Positions 21,024 to 31,002 of a stretch of 64,000 nt of DNA are shown one piece after another. The stretch covers positions 34,211 to 98,210 of the forward strand of contig JAFGHI010000038.1 of the NCBI GenBank assembly GCA_016930235.1, given 5' to 3'. Made by a program: the position numbers and the translations under genes. The stretch's first letter is position 1; every line of letters starts with the position of its first letter. The notes below the pieces were generated by a model. That model was not told where the DNA came from and ran no database searches. It saw nothing but the letters and a program-made list of their open reading frames with translations. Source of the DNA: Candidatus Omnitrophota bacterium (lineage in GTDB: Bacteria > Omnitrophota > Omnitrophia > Omnitrophales > Aquincolibacteriaceae).

Positions 21024-21608
21024 CTATATATTTGCGAGCGTTTCTTCAGCAAGACCGCAGATAGCGTGAAGAGCTGACATATGGACTTCCTGAACAATGG
21101 CTGTTCTCTTGGCTTGGGCACAAAAGCAAAGATCAACCATTCCACCCAAAGCGCCTCCAGACTCTCCCGAAAACCCGACAACGAACATGCCTTTTTTACG
21201 CGCAACCTTGACAGCTTCAATCACATTTTTCGAATTCCCGCTTGTGGAAAGCGCAATCAAGATATCGCCTTCTTGCCCTAATCCCTCAACTTGACGGCTA
21301 AATACTTTGTCGTAACCATAATCATTCGCTACCGCAGTAAGAATCGAGGTATCGGTTGTGAGTGCTATTGCAGGCAGGCTTTGGCGGTCCTTCTCAAAAC
21401 GGCCCACAAACTCAGCAGCGATATGCTGACAGTCCGAAGCACTTCCGCCATTTCCACAAAGCACGATTTTACGGCCCCTCTGAATCGCCTCGATAATCTT
21501 TTGTCCGATCTTGATCAGGCCCTCGAGTTGATCCGAAGCAAAACTCTCTGAAATGGCTTTTTCGTGCTCGCGGATGAAGTTTTGGATCTTGATTTTCATA
21601 TCAACCAA
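21024..21608 (-). CDS. gmhA: Phosphoheptose isomerase (SIS domain).
   Basis: Matches GmhA through motifs such as LCGNGGSASDCQHIAAEF. Confidence 0.8.
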   Translation of the reverse strand: MVDMKIKIQNFIREHEKAISESFASDQLEGLIKIGQKIIEAIQRGRKIVLCGNGGSASDCQHIAAEFVGRFEKDRQSLPAIALTTDTSILTAVANDYGYDKVFSRQVEGLGQEGDILIALSTSGNSKNVIEAVKVARKKGMFVVGFSGESGGALGGMVDLCFCAQAKRTAIVQEVHMSALHAICGLAEETLANI

Positions 21609-22626
21609 AGAATGCGTTAGCCAGCTTATAATATTCGGGCGGCACCGTCTTCAACGTCCCGACAGCAACATCCAGCGGAACAGATTCAATATTGCGTCCA
21701 CGCAAACAAACCATATAACCGAACTTTTCTTCTTTGACAAGTTCAACGGCATGCGAGCCAAACCGCGTTCCCAGAACACGGTCAAAAGCCGTTGGAGAAC
21801 CTCCCCGTTGAATATGCCCGAGCACCGTAACACGCGTTTCAAAACCTGTCATTTTCTCGATAAGTTCCGCAACACGCTGGCCAATCCCTCCCAAACGCAC
21901 ATGACCGAACTCATCCAATTTTTGATCCTGTGTCTCGAAACCATCTTTAAACGTGGCTCCTTCAGCAACAGCAATGATACTGAAGGTTTTTCCCCGAGCG
22001 TGCCTTCTTTTAATCAATTCGCAGACTTCATTGATGTCAAAAGGAACTTCCGGAATCAAAATTGCGTCAGCTCCGCCGGCCAATCCTGATTCAAGGGCAA
22101 TCCATCCAGCATGCCGCCCCATAATCTCTGCAACCATCACACGGTTATGAGATTCGGCGGTGCTATGCAAACGGTCAATACATTCCATCGCAATGTTGAG
22201 TGCTGTGTCATAACCAAAGGTGTAGTCCGTTCCATTCAAGTCATTATCAATCGTCTTGGGGACTCCCACGATTCTCAATCCCTCTTTAGCCAGCTTGCTC
22301 GCAACACCCAGAGTATCTTCGCCGCCAATAGCGATAAAACCAAAAAGATCATTCGTCTTAAAGGTATCTTTAACCTTTTGGACATGCTCAGGCTTCTTGT
22401 AGGGATTCGTCCTCGACGTGCCTAGAATCGTTCCCCCTTTTGGAAGAATACCGGACACTGTGGAAAGATTAAGTTCAAACGAATCATTTTCAATGACTCC
22501 GCGCCAACCATTACGGAAACCAAGGATCTGATACCCTTCTTGCGTGCCGCGCCGAACGATCGCGCGAATCACTGAATTCAACCCCGGGCAATCACCACCG
22601 CCTGTCAAAATTCCAATTTTCTTCAT
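21601..22626 (-). CDS. pfk: 6-phosphofructokinase, probably the pyrophosphate-dependent type.
   Basis: The MKKIGILTGGGDCPGLN start and PFK fold are present. Where ATP-PFKs have GGDGS it reads GGEDT, and where they have PGTIDND it reads PKTIDND; these are the Asp104/Lys124 signature of PPi-PFKs. Confidence 0.8.
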   Translation of the reverse strand: MKKIGILTGGGDCPGLNSVIRAIVRRGTQEGYQILGFRNGWRGVIENDSFELNLSTVSGILPKGGTILGTSRTNPYKKPEHVQKVKDTFKTNDLFGFIAIGGEDTLGVASKLAKEGLRIVGVPKTIDNDLNGTDYTFGYDTALNIAMECIDRLHSTAESHNRVMVAEIMGRHAGWIALESGLAGGADAILIPEVPFDINEVCELIKRRHARGKTFSIIAVAEGATFKDGFETQDQKLDEFGHVRLGGIGQRVAELIEKMTGFETRVTVLGHIQRGGSPTAFDRVLGTRFGSHAVELVKEEKFGYMVCLRGRNIESVPLDVAVGTLKTVPPEYYKLANAFFG

Positions 22627-22706
22627 ACTGCCTAACTCTCCTTTTCTGAACTTCCCATTTTTAGGGTTAAGATTAACCCCATAAGTGCTTGATATCCAAT
22701 GATGGC

Positions 22707-23282
22707 TTAGACCGTAACCGACTGATTTTCATCAAGCGAAGGGACATCGACCCCGTGATCTTCGATTTTTTGAACATCACAGATCACCTCGAGTTTATTC
22801 TCATCGCTTAACAGCTTGCTAACCCGGGCATGAATTTCCGACTGGATCTCGGTTAAAAGATCCTGAACCTTGGCTCCGGTCCACAAGACGATCCTAATCT
22901 TGATTTCGACGTCCTTGGTATGGATCAAAGTCTTAATCTTCCAGTCTTTGACTAAATGGTACTTTTTTAAAACCCGCTTAACGGCATCTTCTATCGCCGA
23001 AACAGAAACGACAACAGGGCCAAGTTCGCTTTGATAAATAATGGCTTCGGATTCCCGGCCTTTTTTGACTAACATCTTCGCAAAGTATAAACCGACCGTG
23101 ATAAAAAGAAGTCCGATAAACCCAGATTGCGTTGAACGCCAGGGACTGTCATAGAGTTCGCGGATTTTGATCATGGCATCGTTCAGAGACAGGATATGAA
23201 AAGCCACGATGATCAAAAAACTTCCTATGGTCAGGAATGCAAAAATAGCAAATATTTGTGCAAAAAAGTTAAAAACCTTCAT
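22707..23282 (-). CDS. Membrane protein with an Asp23/alkaline-shock-like C-terminal region (AmaP-like).
   Basis: It has two N-terminal TM helices followed by a soluble domain, and its start overlaps accC by 4 nt. Confidence 0.45.
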   Translation of the reverse strand: MKVFNFFAQIFAIFAFLTIGSFLIIVAFHILSLNDAMIKIRELYDSPWRSTQSGFIGLLFITVGLYFAKMLVKKGRESEAIIYQSELGPVVVSVSAIEDAVKRVLKKYHLVKDWKIKTLIHTKDVEIKIRIVLWTGAKVQDLLTEIQSEIHARVSKLLSDENKLEVICDVQKIEDHGVDVPSLDENQSVTV

Positions 23283-24670
23283 GATTGATCTTTCCCTTCA
23301 CCGGTCTTCTCCGTAGGCTCTATTTTACCCGGAAGGATGTGGGTATCAATGAAATTTGTTGCCACAGCTCCCTGCCTGAATCTCGGCCGGTCCAATATCT
23401 TGATATGAAGCGGGATGGTTGTTTTGATCGGATCAATTATCGTTTCCCTCAACGCCCTCAGCATAATGGAAATGGCGTCCTGCCGATCTTTCCCGTGAGC
23501 AATAATTTTCGCAATCATCGAATCATAAAAGGGCGGGATCACATAACCCGCATACCCCTGACTATCAACACGAACATTCGGGCCTCCCGGAATGATCCAA
23601 GTGGCAATCTTACCCGGCGACGGACGGAATTCGTTATCAGGATCTTCGGCATTGACACGACATTCGATGGCATGCCCCTCAAAAACAACCTTATCTTGAG
23701 TGATCTTTAATTTTTCACCCGCAGCGATTTGAATCTGTTGTTTGACCAAATCAATGTCCGTCACCATTTCGGTCACGGGGTGTTCAACCTGCAATCTCGT
23801 ATTCATTTCTAAGAAATAAAAATTTTGATCTTCATCAACGAGAAACTCGATGGTCCCCGCGCTTGCATACTTAAACGCCTTGGCCGCTTTAATGGCTGCT
23901 TCCCCCAGTCTTCGCCGTAATTTCTGATTGATTCCGGGCGCCGGCGATTCCTCAATGAGTTTTTGATGACGCCTCTGGACAGAACAGTCACGCTCACCCA
24001 AATGAATGATATTGCCCCTTTCATCAGCCAGGATTTGGACTTCGATATGGCGAGGTTCTTTGATATATTTTTCAACATAGACAGACCGGTTGCCAAAAGC
24101 CGCCTCGGCTTCCGCTTGAGCAGTCAAAAAAGCACTAATGAGTTTCCCGTCATTATGTGCGACTTTAATTCCTTTACCGCCCCCTCCGGCAGCAGCTTTA
24201 ATGGCAACGGGATAACCGAATTTTTTGGCTAAACGAAGCGCCTCTTCTTGATTCTTGACGGATCCCTTACTTCCTGGGACAACGGGGATGCCTACTTTTT
24301 GGACGGTCTGTCGCGCAACGGACTTGTCCCCCGCCAACCGGATACTTTCCGGCTTCGGTCCGATGAATTTGATTTGACATGATTCACAGATCTCAGCGAA
24401 ATGAGCGTTCTCGGCCAAGAATCCATACCCGGGGTGGATGGCCTCCACATCGGCTATCTCGGCAGCGGAAATCAATGCGGGTATATTTAAATAGCTTTCT
24501 GAAGAGGGCGATTCTCCTATGCAAATCGCATCATCTGCAAGCTTCACATGTAACGACTCCCGATCCGCCTTGGAAAAAACAGCCACGGATTGAATCCCCA
24601 TTTCACGGCATGCACGAATCACACGTACGGCAATTTCACCACGGTTGGCAATCAGGATTTTACTAAACAT
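23279..24670 (-). CDS. accC: Acetyl-CoA carboxylase biotin carboxylase subunit.
   Basis: The sequence [21 protein letters not shown]... shows the ATP-grasp biotin carboxylase pattern. Confidence 0.9.
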   Translation of the reverse strand: MFSKILIANRGEIAVRVIRACREMGIQSVAVFSKADRESLHVKLADDAICIGESPSSESYLNIPALISAAEIADVEAIHPGYGFLAENAHFAEICESCQIKFIGPKPESIRLAGDKSVARQTVQKVGIPVVPGSKGSVKNQEEALRLAKKFGYPVAIKAAAGGGGKGIKVAHNDGKLISAFLTAQAEAEAAFGNRSVYVEKYIKEPRHIEVQILADERGNIIHLGERDCSVQRRHQKLIEESPAPGINQKLRRRLGEAAIKAAKAFKYASAGTIEFLVDEDQNFYFLEMNTRLQVEHPVTEMVTDIDLVKQQIQIAAGEKLKITQDKVVFEGHAIECRVNAEDPDNEFRPSPGKIATWIIPGGPNVRVDSQGYAGYVIPPFYDSMIAKIIAHGKDRQDAISIMLRALRETIIDPIKTTIPLHIKILDRPRFRQGAVATNFIDTHILPGKIEPTEKTGEGKDQS

Positions 24671-24776
24671 ATTTTTTTGTAGGCCCTATAAAGTAATGAG
24701 CAACGGGGAAAAACGCTGAGTCAAGGATGATGAAACCTTCTCTCACCGTTTCAGCCTCATTGCTCAATAGGCTCAA

Positions 24777-25247
24777 TTAACCTTTCTTAATTTTAAAGAG
24801 GGGTTGATCAAACTCGACGGATTGGCCGTTGGTCACTAAAATTTCCGCAATCGCTCCATTCGCTTCACACTTGATTTCGTTCATAAGCTTCATGGCCTCA
24901 ATAATACAAAGGACATCCCCTTCAGCTACCTTCTGCCCCATCGTCACATAGGGTGGCTGATCCGGAGCTGGTGCCGAGTAGAAGGTTCCAACCATGGGCG
25001 AGCGTACAATAACGATACTAGTATCCTCCTGGAGTGGTGTCTCCGGTAGAGCACCCACAGGAGCGGAGGTAGGCATATGCACAGCTGCAGGCATCATCAT
25101 TCGAGACTGCATCATCTCTTCAGAGATAATGCGTCCATCAGGCCCTTTTCGCATCTTGATCTTTGTCCCGTCCTTTTCGATCTCGATTTCATTCAACTGG
25201 TGCTCTTCCATCAGCTGCAAAAGCTCTTTAATCTCTTTTAGATTCAT
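24777..25247 (-). CDS. accB: Biotin carboxyl carrier protein.
   Basis: The EAMKLMNEI biotinylation motif is in the C-terminal domain. Confidence 0.9.
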   Translation of the reverse strand: MNLKEIKELLQLMEEHQLNEIEIEKDGTKIKMRKGPDGRIISEEMMQSRMMMPAAVHMPTSAPVGALPETPLQEDTSIVIVRSPMVGTFYSAPAPDQPPYVTMGQKVAEGDVLCIIEAMKLMNEIKCEANGAIAEILVTNGQSVEFDQPLFKIKKG

Positions 25248-25343
25248 CTTTGTATCCCCTCAGGCATCCCACTATTAAACTCGAAACCAATTTCATTGTC
25301 AATGTTACTAACAGATATCCGAAAACGCTGTTACATCCCTAAT

Positions 25344-25847
25344 TTAGCTCATTTTATTGTCTTTTAGGGAGGTAATAAGCCCTTGAAAGCCCAAGATATA
25401 GCTTTCCATCCCAAAACCAGAAACCTGGCCCAGGCATGCCGGCGCGGTAAGAGATTGCTGGCGAAAGCTCTCCCTCTTGTAAATATTGGAGAGATGGACT
25501 TCAACCGTTGGGAGTGACGAAGCAAGAATAGCGTCCCGAATCGCAACGCTTGTATGCGTGTAGGCAGCAGGATTGATCAAGATCCCGTCGTATTTCTTAC
25601 GTGCCTTGCCGATCAAATCTACAATTTCGCCCTCATGATTGGACTGATGTATGGTAACTTCTACCTTACTGGTCTTGGCCTCTTTCTTGATCGCCTCATT
25701 AATCTCTTTAATCGTCACCTTACCGTAGATATCAAGTTCCCGTTCCCCCAGCAAATTCAGATTAGGTCCATGTATCACCAATATTCGTTTCATAATCACT
25801 TTCCTCATTCTTGACACGGCTCTGTTACGGCTTTTCGGCTTCTTCAA
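25344..25847 (-). CDS. aroQ: Type II 3-dehydroquinate dehydratase.
   Basis: Matches through [16 protein letters not shown]...HLSNI. The probable start is the internal MKRILVIHG at about 25793, which avoids overlap with the Trm112-like ORF. Confidence 0.85.
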   Translation of the reverse strand: MKKPKSRNRAVSRMRKVIMKRILVIHGPNLNLLGERELDIYGKVTIKEINEAIKKEAKTSKVEVTIHQSNHEGEIVDLIGKARKKYDGILINPAAYTHTSVAIRDAILASSLPTVEVHLSNIYKRESFRQQSLTAPACLGQVSGFGMESYILGFQGLITSLKDNKMS

Positions 25848-25992
25848 TGAGCATCACCGGAATTCCATCACGAATCGGGTATTTCAAACCGCAACCTGCC
25901 CCTGTACAGATAATTTGGTTGTTCTCTTCTCGTACTGCCGCTTTACATGACGGACAAGCCAATATCTCCAAAAACTCTTTCTCTAGACTCAT
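25825..25992 (-). CDS. Trm112/YcaR-like small zinc-ribbon protein of 55 aa ([55 protein letters not shown]).
   Basis: It is below the 60-aa cutoff of the ORF track. Its ATG overlaps the TGA stop of the upstream gene (ATGA), and it has the CPxC...C.GC pattern typical of Trm112-like proteins. Confidence 0.65.
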   Translation of the reverse strand: MSLEKEFLEILACPSCKAAVREENNQIICTGAGCGLKYPIRDGIPVMLIEEAEKP

Positions 25993-26969
25993 TGCAATTC
26001 CTCCATTTCGTGAATCACTTGTGCTCGCAATCCACCACGAAAAGAATAGATAACTCCGGCCGTTAAACTAAATCCATAGATGACCATATCAACGAGAATG
26101 GAAAGAACCAGAGCTCTTTCTGACGGCACAAAGCGACTGAAGAGATAAATCAGTCCGGCCTCGCGCACGCCTAAACCGCCTAGTGATGGCGCCATGCTAA
26201 CAATCGCTACAACGGGAACTAAAACAAAGAAAAGCCATAACGGCATATCAATTCCCAAACCCAAGGCTAACCAATAATGCAGCACGATAAACATGCAATG
26301 GGCGGCCACCGAAATAAGGATTAAAAAACTCATTAGGAGTTTATGATTTTTATAGTTATAAATCGCATAATACACATCGGTTAAACGCTTTTTCCACTTT
26401 TCTGACTTCACCCACCCTGTTACAAATTTAAATAGACGCGCAAAGCGCCGGCTCGCGAAGAAAAAAACCACCAAAAGCATCACTGCCAAAAAACTATAAA
26501 CTACCTGGTTGATATGAGGATCACTTATTTCCTTACTAAAGACCATGATGGCGCCAACAGCCATTAACATCAAAGCAATAAACCCCAAGAGCCGGTCCAG
26601 CACAACCGATGTCATCGATTCAATTTTCTTTCCGGAATGTTTGTAAACATAGAAAGCTTTTCCAACGTCTCCCCCAACAGCCGAAGGAAAAAAGAGATTA
26701 AAAAAGAGTCCAATATAGCTTAAGTAAAAAGACTCCGAATATTTTAAGATTATATTTTGAATTTTAAGAACATGTTGGATTCGAACAGCCTGAATTAAGA
26801 GAGCGCAAAGATACGTCAGGGCAGCAAGGAAAAACCATCCCCAGGCAACTTCGGTCTTGAGAATCTGTATCGCTTCCCCCAACTTATCCCGAAGCGAATA
26901 AAGAATAAGCCCAATCGCACCAAAGCTGATGCCTATTCGGAACAGAGTCCCCTTAATGCCTTGTTTCAT
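25989..26969 (-). CDS. Polytopic membrane protein of the flippase-like/lysylphosphatidylglycerol-synthase transmembrane-region type (UPF0104-like).
   Basis: It has about 8 predicted TM helices and a GGLGVRE-type motif. Confidence 0.55.
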   Translation of the reverse strand: MKQGIKGTLFRIGISFGAIGLILYSLRDKLGEAIQILKTEVAWGWFFLAALTYLCALLIQAVRIQHVLKIQNIILKYSESFYLSYIGLFFNLFFPSAVGGDVGKAFYVYKHSGKKIESMTSVVLDRLLGFIALMLMAVGAIMVFSKEISDPHINQVVYSFLAVMLLVVFFFASRRFARLFKFVTGWVKSEKWKKRLTDVYYAIYNYKNHKLLMSFLILISVAAHCMFIVLHYWLALGLGIDMPLWLFFVLVPVVAIVSMAPSLGGLGVREAGLIYLFSRFVPSERALVLSILVDMVIYGFSLTAGVIYSFRGGLRAQVIHEMEELQ

Positions 26970-27346
26970 ACTTTCTCTGAAAATTTCATTTGGAGTTCCG
27001 TGAGAAGTTGCGTCATCACTTCTGATTCCTCCCGGCTCCGGTTACCTTCTGATTTTTCTTTCAGCATCGATAAGATATTAATAACCTCTCGAGCGGCCTG
27101 AAGATTGACCTCCCTCTCTTGGGTCTCTGGATTTGGAATCTCCCCCAAATGAAACATGGCTTGGACCCCTAAAGAAGAAAGGAGATTCATAAATGCCTTA
27201 GAGGTGGTCACTTGGTTTTGCGACGCATGCGAGGGCGCCTGAGCCTGAGGCTCCGGCGTTTTCCATAACGGCCGTTCTTTCTGGGCCGATTCTTTCCAAC
27301 TTTGATCTACCTTTTTATCAGAAAATCGAATGTCTTTTTCCATCAT
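26966..27346 (-). CDS. DUF1844-family small protein.
   Basis: The motif FMNLLSSLGVQAMFHLGEIPNP resembles the conserved DUF1844 core. Confidence 0.5.
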   Translation of the reverse strand: MMEKDIRFSDKKVDQSWKESAQKERPLWKTPEPQAQAPSHASQNQVTTSKAFMNLLSSLGVQAMFHLGEIPNPETQEREVNLQAAREVINILSMLKEKSEGNRSREESEVMTQLLTELQMKFSEKV

Positions 27347-27447
27347 TCAAAAACCCTGTAAAATAAAAATCGCCATTTCTTGTCACCACTTTAGGTGCAC
27401 TTCTTAACTTGCGCAAACAACACGTCAGTCTTCTATTTGAACTTTCT

Positions 27448-27476
27448 ATTTTACCTAAACCGTTGGGTCTACACAA
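27448..27476 (-). promoter_or_regulatory. Candidate sigma70-type promoter (TTGTGT-17-TAAAAT) reading toward the DUF1844 operon.
   Basis: Seen on the minus strand. It sits directly downstream of an intrinsic terminator and about 100 nt upstream of the ATG at 27346. Confidence 0.35.
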
Positions 27477-27496
27477 ACAATTGATATGACGATACA

Positions 27497-27545
27497 TAAA
27501 AAAGAGGCTCTCGGCCTAGTGGGGATGTGTGGCGGCCGAAAGCCT
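27497..27545 (-). terminator. Intrinsic terminator: a 13-bp GC-rich stem (one G-U pair), 17-nt loop and U-run for minus-strand transcription.
   Basis: The minus-strand RNA is gaggcuuucggcc-gccacacauccccacua-ggccgagagccuc-uuuuuu. Confidence 0.65.
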
Positions 27546-27703
27546 CTGAAGGTGAGTAGAGACCCGTAAGTCTCTGGTTATTATTACTAGCACGGGTTCT
27601 AGTAGCTGTCAACGGGGATTTTAGAAAGTGGAGAAGCGGCGATACTGGGGAGCTCTTCGATAAATCACTCCGCAAGGCCTTTTGACCTAACTATCAATGA
27701 TGC

Positions 27704-28438
27704 TTAGCCTTCCAGAAACTCCACCGCAATACCGAGCTGCTTTTTGACCAACTGCTTACGGCTGACCTTCCCCTTGAGGCTGTATTCCTCAGGGAAATTG
27801 GCATTCGGGTAAATGCGAATCTCCGTCTTGATCCCTCTAAGCGGCTCCAAACGGTCAATCTTTCTTGCCGCCTCTAAGTCCAAATATTCCGCAAAAAGTC
27901 CCCCCTCACTGATATTCGTCGCAATTGCATGCGTTTCAATGGGTTCATGTCCATCCGGGAATATTTTGAGATCAATCGGAATCGCCACATGCATCCGTTT
28001 GCTTCGTCGTCTTTCGAGGTTATATCCCATCGATTGCTGATCAAGGATCTTTCCTTCAGATCCAATCTGCTTCTCGGAATCCTTCTCTAAAAGAAAGGGT
28101 CCCAAATCCTCAGCAACCTCCTTTTCGGTTTGGCAAATCCTTACGTTTCTCGGCAAATAGGTCCCTTCGAGATAGTGGGCAATCACGTTTGAAGCCCCAT
28201 AAATGAGACTTCGTTGAGGCCGAATACATGCCGCCAACAAACTCCTCATCCCTAAAGGTTCGAGAAACGGTAAGAATTGTAGGTTGATAATCACCCTCTG
28301 GAGACGATGCCGTCGGATATTACGCTGAATCTTCCAGGCTATTTCTTGAAGAGTTTCCTGAGTCGGACTCCCCTCAAGATCGAACACCTTGACAGTTCCA
28401 ATTTCACGCGTACTGACTTTCAGCTTACTCATGGCCAT
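27704..28438 (-). CDS. STAS (anti-sigma-factor-antagonist-like) plus PilZ fusion protein, a putative c-di-GMP receptor.
   Basis: The N-terminal SpoIIAA-like pattern is present (GTVKVFDLEG...VIINL...LIYGAS...EVAEDL). The C-terminal PilZ motifs are RRRSKRMHV (RxxxR) and ATNISEGGLFA (D/NxSxxG). Confidence 0.65.
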   Translation of the reverse strand: MAMSKLKVSTREIGTVKVFDLEGSPTQETLQEIAWKIQRNIRRHRLQRVIINLQFLPFLEPLGMRSLLAACIRPQRSLIYGASNVIAHYLEGTYLPRNVRICQTEKEVAEDLGPFLLEKDSEKQIGSEGKILDQQSMGYNLERRRSKRMHVAIPIDLKIFPDGHEPIETHAIATNISEGGLFAEYLDLEAARKIDRLEPLRGIKTEIRIYPNANFPEEYSLKGKVSRKQLVKKQLGIAVEFLEG

Positions 28439-28573
28439 CGTTTCCTCTTCTTGCGTTCTTGATCGAGTCGCCGGAGATTCGCATGCATGGCAGGCCGGAT
28501 ATAGCCTGTTAGCATCATCGATAGGTCTACCTCCGACAACCGAAGAGGTCCCCCCTTCATGTTTTTTCTACCG

Positions 28574-29362
28574 TTAAAAATTCCATTGACCATTTGTCCC
28601 ACCCGTTTCATTCAAATTAAGAAGATAAATCCATTGATTGAGACACACCATCTCGTTGGGCCCCAATTCATAGAATTCAATACCGATGCCGCCTAGATCA
28701 CCGTCGTAGCGAATCATTTTCCCTTTCAAGGCAATCGACTCCATCGGTGAAAAAAATAGATTCATGTGCAATAGTTTCAAATCATAGGGGTTGAGATTCT
28801 CAATCAATAACCGCTCTGATCCTGATTCGATAAATCGCGCATAAAGACCCGTCTCGCTAAGATTCGTTACAACCCCAAAAAAGAATAACTCTTTACTGTC
28901 ATCCATTTCACAATGAAAGTGAAGTGGCAATACAAGAGGAAGCCTGTCAGCCTTTCGCTTCTCGTCAAATCCTTTTCCTTTATTGTCCAGGGCCATTTCT
29001 CTTGCAAAGAAGAACGTAGCATCGTCTTCATCCTGAAAGATCGATAACCTCTTTCGGACGGAGAAATCTTCAAGGACCGCCATCACTGCCGGATCTTTGG
29101 CAATCACAGCGCTCTTAGGAACTTTTTCCATAGACCGGATAATTGATTGGGCCATTCGGTGACTCAAATCATTAACTGATTGCGTGTGGAAAAGAAGGGC
29201 TTTTGTGCCCTTCTCTCCACAAAGGTGATCAATCTTCCCTGCCACGGCAGATCCCTTTTCTCCCTGGGTGTCCGATATCAGCTCAAGGATTTTGACATCC
29301 CCGATATTCTTTTTAATAACTTTTATATTCATCTTGCCTCTGTAAGCAAAGATACACCACAA
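28574..29362 (-). CDS. Second STAS plus PilZ fusion protein, a paralogue of the adjacent gene.
   Basis: The N-terminus is STAS-like (IGDVKILEL...ALLFH...AVIAKDPAVMAVLEDFSVRKRL). The PilZ motifs are RKADRLPLV and VTNLSETGLYA. The likely start is MNIKV at about 29332. Confidence 0.6.
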   Translation of the reverse strand: MWCIFAYRGKMNIKVIKKNIGDVKILELISDTQGEKGSAVAGKIDHLCGEKGTKALLFHTQSVNDLSHRMAQSIIRSMEKVPKSAVIAKDPAVMAVLEDFSVRKRLSIFQDEDDATFFFAREMALDNKGKGFDEKRKADRLPLVLPLHFHCEMDDSKELFFFGVVTNLSETGLYARFIESGSERLLIENLNPYDLKLLHMNLFFSPMESIALKGKMIRYDGDLGGIGIEFYELGPNEMVCLNQWIYLLNLNETGGTNGQWNF

Positions 29363-29570
29363 TATAAGGAAAGTCCAATCAACAAGGCATTATTTTTATC
29401 TCCTATGATTATAATATGTTAGAAATTACTAAGAACGTTATATTAGTTATATTATAGATCAATTTCTAGCATTATAAATCATTTAATAACATATTGTGGT
29501 GCATTTTGCTATGTTTTGTTATACGAACCGATATTTCCAGCTGATGGGTTTTATTCGGAAGGCACGCAAA

Positions 29571-30953
29571 CTAACTTCTTTTCCCTAAGCGCTCTTGGAG
29601 TGTCTTTTCAAAACCGCTATCTTTAGGTAGGTAATACCTTTTTTTTCTGCTCCAGTATTGCTGGGCAGCCGCCTTATTGGGATCCTTGGCATCATGAGTA
29701 TAAATATAACCTTCTCCGTGCCCCATGCGTTTTGCACCGGAATAGCTTCTGTCTCGAAGATGGTTTGGCACTTCTTCGGATTTTTTCTTCTCGATATCGT
29801 CTAACGCCTCGCTGATGGCCTGGTAACTGGCATTACTTTTCGGCGCCATCGCCATATAAGTAACCAACTGCGCCAGGATAATCCTCCCCTCAGGCATTCC
29901 CACAAATTCAATAGCTTGCATCCCTGCGGAAGCTAAAATCAACGCCTGGGGATCAGCATTGCCAATATCCTCACTGGCCAGGATCAAAATTCGTCGAACA
30001 ATAAATCTTGGATCCTCACCCGCATAAAGCATTTTAGCCAGCCAATAAATCGACGCATCGGGGTCAGACCCTCGCATGCTTTTAATGAAGGCACTTGCGG
30101 TATCATAATGATAATCTTCATTCGCATCATAATAGACGACTCTCCTCTGACACGATTCCGCAGCAACCTGTATATCAAATCGAACAACACCCTCCGAATC
30201 CGGTTGTGTCGTCAGGACCCCCAACTCCAATGCATTTAAAGCACGACGGGCATCACCTGAGGCAGATTTGGCCATATGTTCAAGCGCTTCTTTTGTGATA
30301 TCTATCTTCAATTGTCCCAATCCCCTTTCAGGATCCTTGAGGGCCTTTTCCATAATCTGAACAAGGTCTTTTTCTTCAAGCGGACGCAGCTCAAAAATAG
30401 TGGAACGGGACAGCAAAGGCCCATTGATCGAAAAAGAAGGATTATGCGTTGTTGCCCCGACCAGGACAATATGGCCCCTTTCGACGTCGGGCATCAGCAC
30501 GTCCTGTTGAGCCTTATTGAATCGATGGATCTCATCAATAAAAAGAATGCTCCGTTTCCCCTGCAAACGCTTCAATTGATGGGCCTCATGAATGACCTTG
30601 CGGATTTCAGCAACATTGGATGTTACAGCGTTTAATCGTACAAAATGGGATTGGGTGACGCGTGAAATAATCTGCGCCAGCGTGGTTTTTCCGCTCCCCG
30701 GCGGGCCATAAAAAATCATCGAAGTCCACCGGTCAGACTGGATAGTTCGCCTAAGAAGCTTTCCTTCAGCAAGGAGGTGCTTCTGGCCTACAATTTCCTC
30801 TAAGTTCCTCGGCCGCATTCGAACAGCCAGCGGGGCTTGGCTGGACTTCTCATCCTCATGCGGAGCCATAGTCTCTCCCTGAAAAGATTCAAATAATTCT
30901 GACGTCTTTTCTGGAGTCAATCTCTTTTGTCCGAGCCCTTTGGTGTGTTTCAC
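29571..30953 (-). CDS. rarA: Recombination factor RarA/MgsA (AAA+ ATPase).
   Basis: It has the Walker A GPPGSGKTTLA, an RMRP motif and a C-terminal MgsA helical domain. The start may be the internal MAPHEDEK at about 30869. Confidence 0.85.
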   Translation of the reverse strand: MKHTKGLGQKRLTPEKTSELFESFQGETMAPHEDEKSSQAPLAVRMRPRNLEEIVGQKHLLAEGKLLRRTIQSDRWTSMIFYGPPGSGKTTLAQIISRVTQSHFVRLNAVTSNVAEIRKVIHEAHQLKRLQGKRSILFIDEIHRFNKAQQDVLMPDVERGHIVLVGATTHNPSFSINGPLLSRSTIFELRPLEEKDLVQIMEKALKDPERGLGQLKIDITKEALEHMAKSASGDARRALNALELGVLTTQPDSEGVVRFDIQVAAESCQRRVVYYDANEDYHYDTASAFIKSMRGSDPDASIYWLAKMLYAGEDPRFIVRRILILASEDIGNADPQALILASAGMQAIEFVGMPEGRIILAQLVTYMAMAPKSNASYQAISEALDDIEKKKSEEVPNHLRDRSYSGAKRMGHGEGYIYTHDAKDPNKAAAQQYWSRKKRYYLPKDSGFEKTLQERLGKRS

Positions 30954-31002
30954 TACTATTTCGTCAACCTTCCTATGAGAAGGCCATTGCGAGAGGGAAA
31001 AA

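Noticed and set aside
27469-27675. A 68-aa ORF on the minus strand in the intergenic region.
   Set aside because: It overlaps a clear intrinsic terminator and promoter, has Ser/Pro/Arg-rich composition and no RBS. It is more likely structured non-coding RNA or UTR.
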